Assembly (NCBI GenBank): GCA_035532215.1
Contig: DATKRK010000301.1
Location: forward strand, 1,181 to 65,180
Reading direction: 5' to 3'
DNA: 64,000 bases
Origin: Pirellulales bacterium
Lineage (GTDB): Bacteria; Planctomycetota; Planctomycetia; Pirellulales; JAICIG01
Shown: positions 35,922-43,256 of the stretch, piece after piece
Numbering within the stretch: the first letter of the stretch is position 1
Layout: the number at the start of each line of letters is the position of its first letter
The notes under the pieces: model-generated
Seen by the model: the letters and a program-made list of their open reading frames with translations, nothing else
Databases searched by the model: none
Told to the model about the DNA's origin: nothing
Position numbers and translations under genes: made by a program

Positions 35922-36649
35922 TCGGGCGTGATTTCATTCGGGACAACCTGGTGATCAAGGGCTTTTTGAAATCGTTTGCTAATGTTGTAGCGACAGTTGT
36001 CGTGCTGCCCTGTTGGGCGGCGTACTGGATTTCGGCGGCCGCGTTAGGACCAAGGGAGGCCTTTGCCGGCTGGTCGCAGGCATTCAGCCTGCTGCCAGGT
36101 CTGTGTGGCGTGTACCTGCGGCGGGCATTTTACAAGTTGGTCTTGGCTGAATGCGGTGACGGAGCCTGCATCACTTTCGGCACGGTCATCTCGCACCCAT
36201 CGGCGCGAATCGGCCGCAACGTCTACGTAGGGGCCTTTTGCGTGCTGGGCGACGTGACGCTGGAAGAAGACGTGTTACTTGGTTCAAATGTGTCGATCAT
36301 TAATGGCGGCCGGCAACATGGAATCGAGCGACTCGACCTTCCCGTGCGCGAACAGCCCGGAGAGTGGCCCCGCGTAACGATCGGCCGCGACAGTTGGATC
36401 GGCGACCGCGCGTTGGTGATGGCCGACGTCGGCCGGCATTGCGTGGTGGCGGCCGGCGCCGTCGTTACCAGGTCCGTGCCGGATTATACGATAGTTGCCG
36501 GTGTACCGGCGCGCATCATCGGCCGTCGTGGCGCTGCGAGCGGCGAACCGAACCCGATTGAGCAGACCGCGGCCATCGTCAACGCACATCAGGTACGTGG
36601 CGAAGTCGCTCCAATCAGCGTCCGGAACATACCACCGGTCAACCGCTGA
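35915..36649 (+). CDS. membrane-anchored hexapeptide-repeat (LbH) acyl/acetyltransferase
   Basis: Two N-terminal hydrophobic helices, then hexapeptide repeats VGAFCVLGDVTLEEDVLLGSNVSIING...IGDRALVMADVGRHCVVAAGAVVTRSVPDYTIVAGVPARIIG. The TTG start is uncertain. Confidence 0.8.
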   Translation: MLIGRDFIRDNLVIKGFLKSFANVVATVVVLPCWAAYWISAAALGPREAFAGWSQAFSLLPGLCGVYLRRAFYKLVLAECGDGACITFGTVISHPSARIGRNVYVGAFCVLGDVTLEEDVLLGSNVSIINGGRQHGIERLDLPVREQPGEWPRVTIGRDSWIGDRALVMADVGRHCVVAAGAVVTRSVPDYTIVAGVPARIIGRRGAASGEPNPIEQTAAIVNAHQVRGEVAPISVRNIPPVNR

Positions 36650-36726
36650 GACAACATAAGAACGCAAGCGCATCGCAAAGGCATGTTCGCCAGCCATAAC
36701 AACTCAAGCACTTTCTGGGATGTATA

Positions 36727-37548
36727 ATGCCTTCTGACCTTGAACAGTTGCGATCGACCCAACTTCGAGAACGGATCGATTCTGAGCGCAGTTATCATGA
36801 CGATTACTACCGAGCCCTCCAAGAGCCTCTCGCCATCCCATTCGATCTGGCAAACAGCACACAACGGCGTCCGCATAACCTGACGTGGGCTTTTTACGAC
36901 GCCATCTTGGAGCACTTCGGCCGCCAACTTAATGGTAAGCGGATCCTAGAAATCGGCTGTGGAACCGGCTCCGTGACACTAAACCTATCAAGGAACGGCG
37001 CTTATGTCGACGCATTCGACGTTAGCGAGGAAGCGGTGGCTATTTGCATGCGGCGCGCTGCTTACAATAACGAGGAGAAGGCAAAGTTCCTCGTATCGGC
37101 CATGGAGGATTTAGATCAGCCTGAGAATTACTATGATGCAGTTGTGGGGCACATGGTGCTGCATCATCTCGATATTTCAGCGGCGATGGAAAAGGTCTAT
37201 CGGTACCTCAAACCGGGCGGCTTGGGCGTTTTCGCCGAATGGAAGGAGTATGCTGTTGTTGACCGTGTGCGACGCACAGCATTGCTACAATGGCTGTTCC
37301 GACCTGGCGGCGTGACGGGGTATGCGACCGAGTACGAGCGAAAACTTTCACGTCGCGACTTTCAGGTGATTCGCCGCCGGTTCCCTAATTTGACCGTCGA
37401 ATGCCGCTACTGTCTGCGAGGAAAAGTCGAATACTTCAGCCCCAGGATCGCGGCAAAGCTCGAACGATTCGACTGTCGGCTCTTGCAACTGCTTCCATGC
37501 CTCAATCCATTCACCGACGGCGCCGTGTTGTGTGTGACAAAAGAGTAA
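36727..37548 (+). CDS. class I SAM-dependent methyltransferase
   Basis: ILEIGCGTGSVTLNLSRNGAYVDAFDVSEEAV, YDAVVGHMVLHHL, LKPGGLGVF. Spot line counts give a locally lower GC of about 48-57%. Confidence 0.85.
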   Translation: MPSDLEQLRSTQLRERIDSERSYHDDYYRALQEPLAIPFDLANSTQRRPHNLTWAFYDAILEHFGRQLNGKRILEIGCGTGSVTLNLSRNGAYVDAFDVSEEAVAICMRRAAYNNEEKAKFLVSAMEDLDQPENYYDAVVGHMVLHHLDISAAMEKVYRYLKPGGLGVFAEWKEYAVVDRVRRTALLQWLFRPGGVTGYATEYERKLSRRDFQVIRRRFPNLTVECRYCLRGKVEYFSPRIAAKLERFDCRLLQLLPCLNPFTDGAVLCVTKE

Positions 37549-37661
37549 GCATCCAGGATTAAATAACCTCCCAAACTCAAATGTCGTTGGGGTCGTAAAC
37601 CAGCCTTGCGAAAGCGGTTGCAGCGGAAGCAGTATGGGGAAGTTATTTAATCCTCGATGCT
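37548..37661. repeat. 114-bp inverted-repeat (MITE/REP-like) intercistronic element, copy 2
   Basis: Arms agcatccaggattaaataacctccc (37548-37572) and gggaagttatttaatcctcgatgct (37637-37661). It starts on the last base of the upstream TAA and ends 12 nt before the next ATG. Its interior is unrelated to copy 1. Confidence 0.8.
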
Positions 37662-37673
37662 AAAGGCCCAATC

Positions 37674-38801
37674 ATGGCATTTAAGGGCAGCGGTACGAAA
37701 GCACTGATCGTTGAACGCATGGCACTACGAACCATCCTAGTTGGCTGCGGTGCGGTGGCCGGGACGCTTTACCGCAAGCCTTTGCAAGAACTGGAACGCC
37801 AGAGCGTGCTGCGCGTCGTCGCGCTCGTTGACAGTAAGCTGGATCACGCCGAGGCAATGCGCTCACGGTTCAGATCGGCCAGCGTCTGGAACGATTTAGC
37901 CCTAGCGTTGCAATCGCAGCAGCCGGACTTGACTCTGATTCTCAGCCCGCCGCATCTGCACTGCGACCAAGCGGTTCTGGCTCTGGAGCACCAAAGCCAT
38001 GTACTTTGTGAAAAGCCGATGGCGGCGTCGACCGCTCAATGCGCCGAAATGATTCGCGTCGCACGGGAAAGCAAGCGTGTTCTAGCTATCGGCATGATCC
38101 GCCGGTTTTTTCCCGCTTTCGCGCAACTCAAAACATTACTCGACACGGGCGAATTGGGAGAGATTCGCTCCTTTTGCTATCGTGAGGGCCGGGTGTTCGA
38201 CTGGGACGTCCGGACGCCCGCGCTCTTCGCCCGACAGCCTTCCGGCGGCGCCGGGCTGTTGTTCGATATCGGCTCGCACGCCCTGGACTACTTGCACTGG
38301 TTGTTTGGCGATTTGAGCGTGGTCTCGTATGCGGACGATGGCTACGACGGCGTGGAGGCCAATGCCTTACTCGAGCTGGCCGCGCCAAGCTGCCGTGGCA
38401 GGATGCAATTATCCTGGGATTCGCCCTTGCTGTGTGAGCTGCGCGTGACCGGCACAAAGGGCGAGGCCATCCTGCGTGTCGATCACCTCGACAAGCTCGC
38501 AGTCAAATGGAAAGGAGATTTCCAGGAAGTCGCGGTTCATCACTGCTATCCCGCAGATGTGCGCAATCCTAGTCTCAAGGCGATTGCACCAAGACTTTAC
38601 GCCGAAAGCATCTACTGTCAGCTAATCCAGCTCGTCCGCGCCATCGAATTGGCAGAGGCGCCCGCCGTGGACGGAGTCCAGGGGCAAGCCTGCGTCAGCC
38701 TCATCGAGGCGGCACGTCGTCGTGCCCGGCCGCTTGACGTTCCCTGGCTCGATCCCGAGCAGCAAGCGATGCATCAAGCTCTTCACTGGACGAACGCATG
38801 A
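37674..38801 (+). CDS. Gfo/Idh/MocA-family NAD(P)-dependent oxidoreductase
   Basis: ILVGCGAVAG...VVALVD (Rossmann) and the family motif VLCEKPMA. ATG 37719 is an alternative start. Confidence 0.85.
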   Translation: MAFKGSGTKALIVERMALRTILVGCGAVAGTLYRKPLQELERQSVLRVVALVDSKLDHAEAMRSRFRSASVWNDLALALQSQQPDLTLILSPPHLHCDQAVLALEHQSHVLCEKPMAASTAQCAEMIRVARESKRVLAIGMIRRFFPAFAQLKTLLDTGELGEIRSFCYREGRVFDWDVRTPALFARQPSGGAGLLFDIGSHALDYLHWLFGDLSVVSYADDGYDGVEANALLELAAPSCRGRMQLSWDSPLLCELRVTGTKGEAILRVDHLDKLAVKWKGDFQEVAVHHCYPADVRNPSLKAIAPRLYAESIYCQLIQLVRAIELAEAPAVDGVQGQACVSLIEAARRRARPLDVPWLDPEQQAMHQALHWTNA

Positions 38802-39919
38802 GCGGGCCGATCGCAGTCATTGGGGCGGGCGGTTTCGTCGGAACTCGCCTCATCGAATCGCTGGTTCTCGACGGCGACGCCGAAATCCGGGCCATCGTCC
38901 GCGCCTATCGGAGCCTGGCCGGCCTGTCGCGGTTCGGCTCCGCCGTCACTTGGAGAATAGCGGACGCAGAGAACCCGGCGGCGCTCGTGCCGGCGCTGCA
39001 AGGGGCAAGCGTGGCGGTCAACCTTACCACCGGTCCGCAGGCCAGTATTGTCCGCTCGACGCGCAGCATCCTGGAGGCGTGCCTGGCTGCCAAAGTCCCG
39101 CGACTCATTCATTTGAGTTCGGCCGTGGTGTTTGGCGAGGTCGCCTCGCCGGCCATCGACGATGACTCCCCGCCGCTGAGGCGCCATTGGATGCCGTACG
39201 CGCGTGCCAAGGCCGCGGCGGAAGTCTGGCTGCGAGAGCGTTTGCACTCGACGCCCTGCCAAGTCGCCGTCTTGCGCCCGGGCATCGTGTGGGGAGTGCG
39301 CTCGCCCCATACGCTGCAGGCTGTCAAGGCGCTTTGGAATAAAAACGCCTATCTCGTGGGCCGCGGAGACGGAATATTCAATTCGATTTATATCGATAAC
39401 TTGGTGGCATGCATCCGCGCCTGCGGCGCGCATCAGGGACCAGTTGCAGGCTTCTACAATATTGCCGATCGAGAGACCATCACCTGGCGCGAGTTTTATG
39501 CAGCACTTGCTTCCTCATTCGATTACGATATGGATCAGATGCCTGCGGTCAGTGGCGAATATTTCCCCTGGTCAACGCGCGCAGTGATCGAATACATCCA
39601 ATTGTTGCCTGGGGTCAATGGGCTCTACCATCGCTTAAAGACCGCTTTGCCGGACGCTCTCAAATCACGCCTCAAGGCTCTATTGGCGGGCAGTTACGCC
39701 TACGGACAGGCGGCGAGCGCCTACCGTCGGAATCCCGTCGTGGATCGCGAGGTCTGGCATCTGCAAAAAGTGAGGCGCAAGCTTCCAACGGCGAAATTCA
39801 GCGAACATTTCGGTTTCACGCCGCCGGTGACGTTTGAGGATGGCGTCCGCCGCACCATGGCCTGGATAGAGTTTCTGGGTTATGAATCCTTGTCCCGTCA
39901 GTTAGTAAGGGCCAGCTAG
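38798..39919 (+). CDS. NAD-dependent epimerase/dehydratase (extended SDR)
   Basis: IAVIGAGGFVGTRLIESL and a YxxxK-type centre (MPYARAKAAAE). Its ATGA overlaps the upstream stop. Confidence 0.85.
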   Translation: MSGPIAVIGAGGFVGTRLIESLVLDGDAEIRAIVRAYRSLAGLSRFGSAVTWRIADAENPAALVPALQGASVAVNLTTGPQASIVRSTRSILEACLAAKVPRLIHLSSAVVFGEVASPAIDDDSPPLRRHWMPYARAKAAAEVWLRERLHSTPCQVAVLRPGIVWGVRSPHTLQAVKALWNKNAYLVGRGDGIFNSIYIDNLVACIRACGAHQGPVAGFYNIADRETITWREFYAALASSFDYDMDQMPAVSGEYFPWSTRAVIEYIQLLPGVNGLYHRLKTALPDALKSRLKALLAGSYAYGQAASAYRRNPVVDREVWHLQKVRRKLPTAKFSEHFGFTPPVTFEDGVRRTMAWIEFLGYESLSRQLVRAS

Positions 39920-41146
39920 ATGGGCGTGCTCGGAAACCGCAGGAAAAAGATTAACGTCGTCCATTTGAGGAGCAGCCGGGGTACAGGCGGCGGGCCCGAT
40001 AAGACACTTCTCTTTTCCGCACTTGAGGGAGACCGTGAAGCATTTAACATGCACGTAGTCTATCTCAAGAGCGAAAATGACCCTGAGTTTGATCTCGATG
40101 AACGTGCCAGAAAGCTCGGCGTCGAGAGCTTCACTGCGATAGGCGAGCGGTCGCGATTCGATTTGCGCGCAATTAAAACGCTGTTGGGCGTGCTTCGGGA
40201 CAAGCAAGCCGATATCCTGAGCTGCCATTGTTACAAATCGGATTTGTACGGTCTGATCCTATCTCGCCTTTACCCGATGAAACTACTTGCAACAGTTCAC
40301 GGGCCCATTCCCGAAAAGGCGCACCGGTGGTCGCGGTCCAACTGGAAGGTGCGTTTTATTTATGACCAGCTCGACCTGCGCTTGTTGCGTTACTTCGATC
40401 ATGTGATCATCGTAGCAGAATCAATGCACCAGGCTGTCATGCGTTACGGCGTCAAGCCGCAGAGAATTACCTGCGTGCGAAACGCCATCGACGCCAACTA
40501 TTTTTGTAAGACGGGCAGTGGAGATCTGAGACGCCGTTTGAATATCCCCACGGAGGCTCGCGTCATCGGGGCGGTTGGTCGCCTCGACCAGCAGAAAGAC
40601 TACCCAAACTTGATGGCCGCCGCGCGGATTCTTCTCGCTGAAGGTCACAACGTGTTCTTCGTCGTCGCCGGCCTAGGGCCCCAGGAGCGGGAGTTGCGGG
40701 AGCAAGTGCATGCCCAAGGCATTGACCAGCGGTTTCTTTTTTTGGGCCATTTTCAGGACGTTCGCGAAGTCTTCGAGATAATGGACGTTTATGTTTTGCC
40801 CTCCATAACCGAGGGACTTCCAAATACAGTGCTCGAGGCGATGGCCTTGAACGTGCCCGTAGTTTCTACTCAGGTGGATGGCGTAGGAGAGGTGCTCACT
40901 CAAGAGCGAGAAGGCTTACTGGTCCCCAACCGCGACTCGACGCGGCTGGCGGCGGCCATTCGTAGGTTGCTGTTGGATCCCGTTTTAGCTCGGGAACTGG
41001 CAGAGGCGGCGCGTGCCAGGATCGAGCGCGATTTCAGCTTCGCGACCCGCATGCGCCGGGTGGAGAGTATCTATCGCGAGCTCTTAGGCGCGGGCGGCCC
41101 GCCGCCTAGGTATGAGAGCGCGGGCCTGGCAGAAGCCCAGACGTAA
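39920..41146 (+). CDS. glycosyltransferase family 4 (GT-B)
   Basis: VLPSITEGLPNTVLEAMALNVPVVSTQVDGVGEVL. Paralogous to the gene at 48403-49524. GC is lower than its surroundings. Confidence 0.9.
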   Translation: MGVLGNRRKKINVVHLRSSRGTGGGPDKTLLFSALEGDREAFNMHVVYLKSENDPEFDLDERARKLGVESFTAIGERSRFDLRAIKTLLGVLRDKQADILSCHCYKSDLYGLILSRLYPMKLLATVHGPIPEKAHRWSRSNWKVRFIYDQLDLRLLRYFDHVIIVAESMHQAVMRYGVKPQRITCVRNAIDANYFCKTGSGDLRRRLNIPTEARVIGAVGRLDQQKDYPNLMAAARILLAEGHNVFFVVAGLGPQERELREQVHAQGIDQRFLFLGHFQDVREVFEIMDVYVLPSITEGLPNTVLEAMALNVPVVSTQVDGVGEVLTQEREGLLVPNRDSTRLAAAIRRLLLDPVLARELAEAARARIERDFSFATRMRRVESIYRELLGAGGPPPRYESAGLAEAQT

Positions 41147-41259
41147 ATCCAGTTTGTCTTTTTGCGGCTGAGCGGGCGCCACCGCTGGGTTGTCGACGGT
41201 ACGCATGAGGTCATTTAATCCATCGGCTGTGTTGGTTCATCTAATTGTAGGTCGCTCGA

Positions 41260-43200
41260 ATGTGTGGCATCGCAGGAATCTTGTACGCTGACGCAGCGCG
41301 GCCGATTGACCGCGCTACGCTAAAGCGCATGGCCGACGCCATCGCCCATCGCGGGCCCGATGCGGAAGGGTATTGGAGCGCGCCGGGCGTGGGGCTGGCC
41401 CACCGCCGGTTGTCGATCATCGATCTGGCGGGCGGCGATCAACCGATCGGCAATGAGGATGGTTCCATTCAGGTCGTATTCAACGGCGAGATTTACAACT
41501 ACCGCGAGTTACGCGACGAGTTGCTCGCCCGCGGCCACCGCTTCCGCACCAACAGCGACACTGAAGTGCTGGTGCATTTGTACGAGGAGCGGGGCGAGCA
41601 ACTGGTCGAACGGCTGCGTGGGATGTTCGCCTTCGCCCTCTGGGACTCGCGCCAGCGGCAACTGCTGTTGGGACGCGATCGCGTGGGAATCAAACCTCTC
41701 TACGTTTATCGCGACGGCGAGAAACTGCTTTTCGGATCGGAATTGAAGGCGATTCTCGCTTGTCCTGGCGTGCCTCGCGAGGTGGATGCGGAGGCGCTCG
41801 AGGACTACTTGGCGTTGGGCTTCGTGCCCGGCGGCAAAGCCATCTTCCGCAGGACGGAGAAGCTGCCGCCCGCACACGTGCTGGTGGTGAAGCCCGACTC
41901 GCTTGGCTCTCAGGCGCGGCGTTACTGGCAACTGCACTTCGAGGCCGACCACCGGCTGAGCGAAGGCGAGTGGCGCGAGGCGATCCAAGCCAAAGTGGCC
42001 GAGACCGTAAAGAGACATTTGATCGCCGACGTACCAGTGGGCGCATTTCTGAGCGGTGGATTGGATTCGAGCTTGGTGGTGTCGGAAGCGGCCCAGTTCT
42101 CGGCGAAGCGCTCTGGAGTTGCGCCGGGATCTTCCCCAGCGCCGCTTCAGACGTTTTCAATGGGATTTCGCGAGACGGAGTTCAGCGAATTGCCGTTTGC
42201 CGTCCAGGTCGCCGAGCGATTCGGCACGCGGCACGTCGAGGAAATCGTAACGCCCGACGCAGTGAAATTGGTCGATGAGTTGGCATACTACTACGACGAA
42301 CCGTTCGCCGACTCGTCGGCCGTGCCGACGTTTCTGGTGTCCCGATTGGCGAGGCGGAACGTGAAGGTGGTCCTATCGGGCGACGGAGGCGACGAGGGCT
42401 TTGGCGGTTATGCGCGCTACGCCCACGATTTGTGGGAGGCCGGTTTGCGAGGACGGCTGCCGCGTTGGCTGCGACAAGGCGCACTAGGACCTTTGGCGCG
42501 CGTTTGGCCGAAGTTGGATTGGCTTCCTCGCCCGCTCCGGGCCAAGATGCTGTTGCACAACTTAGCGTTAGAAGCCGACGCGGCTTATGCCAACACGGTC
42601 ACGCTCTGTCGCATGCCGTTGCGGCGGCGTTTGCTGGCGACCGACATTGCCGCGCAACTCAACGGACATTTGCCGGAAATCTGCGTGCTTCGTGGGTTTG
42701 CGACGGCCCCCGCGGGCGACGCCTTGGCTGGCATGCAGGCGGCCGACATCGGATTGCTTTTACCCGATGATTTTCTGACCAAGGTCGACCGGGCAAGCAT
42801 GGCTAGCGGCTTGGAAGTGCGGCCGCCGCTGGTCGACCACGAGTTGCTGGAGTTGGCGGCCCGCGTGCCCTCGAAATGGAAGGTGCGGCGGGGCGAGACG
42901 AAGTGGATTCTGAAACGTTGCTACGACAGTCGGCTGCCTCGCGATGCCGTGTGGCGGGCGAAACACGGATTTGAGATTCCAGTGGACGCCTGGCTGCGGG
43001 GGCCGCTCAGGGACATGTTCGAATCGAGCGTGTTGGCGCCAAACAGTCGAGTCGCCGAGTTGGTTGATCAGCCGACCGTGGCACGGCTCTACCGCGCGCA
43101 TTTGGCCAAAGTTGGGCGGCACGGCGGGATCCTGTGGGCTATGCTGGCATTGGCCCGCTGGGCGGACCGTTACTTGAGCAACAGCGCCGCAGCGGGGTAA
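41260..43200 (+). CDS. asnB: asparagine synthase (glutamine-hydrolysing) family amidotransferase, XrtA/PEP-CTERM-system type
   Basis: Ntn start MCGIAGILY, PP-loop FLSGGLDSSLV, 646 aa. Confidence 0.95.
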   Translation: MCGIAGILYADAARPIDRATLKRMADAIAHRGPDAEGYWSAPGVGLAHRRLSIIDLAGGDQPIGNEDGSIQVVFNGEIYNYRELRDELLARGHRFRTNSDTEVLVHLYEERGEQLVERLRGMFAFALWDSRQRQLLLGRDRVGIKPLYVYRDGEKLLFGSELKAILACPGVPREVDAEALEDYLALGFVPGGKAIFRRTEKLPPAHVLVVKPDSLGSQARRYWQLHFEADHRLSEGEWREAIQAKVAETVKRHLIADVPVGAFLSGGLDSSLVVSEAAQFSAKRSGVAPGSSPAPLQTFSMGFRETEFSELPFAVQVAERFGTRHVEEIVTPDAVKLVDELAYYYDEPFADSSAVPTFLVSRLARRNVKVVLSGDGGDEGFGGYARYAHDLWEAGLRGRLPRWLRQGALGPLARVWPKLDWLPRPLRAKMLLHNLALEADAAYANTVTLCRMPLRRRLLATDIAAQLNGHLPEICVLRGFATAPAGDALAGMQAADIGLLLPDDFLTKVDRASMASGLEVRPPLVDHELLELAARVPSKWKVRRGETKWILKRCYDSRLPRDAVWRAKHGFEIPVDAWLRGPLRDMFESSVLAPNSRVAELVDQPTVARLYRAHLAKVGRHGGILWAMLALARWADRYLSNSAAAG

Positions 43201-43256
43201 CAGCCGTCGTCGCCCCCGCAAAACATCGAAATCCCAGGGTAAAATAGCTTTAAAAC

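Noticed and set aside
18968-37661. Possibility that the repeated 25-nt arms represent a CRISPR array
   Set aside because: There are only two clear copies, 18.6 kb apart. Each is an inverted-repeat pair rather than direct repeats with regular spacers, and no cas genes are present.
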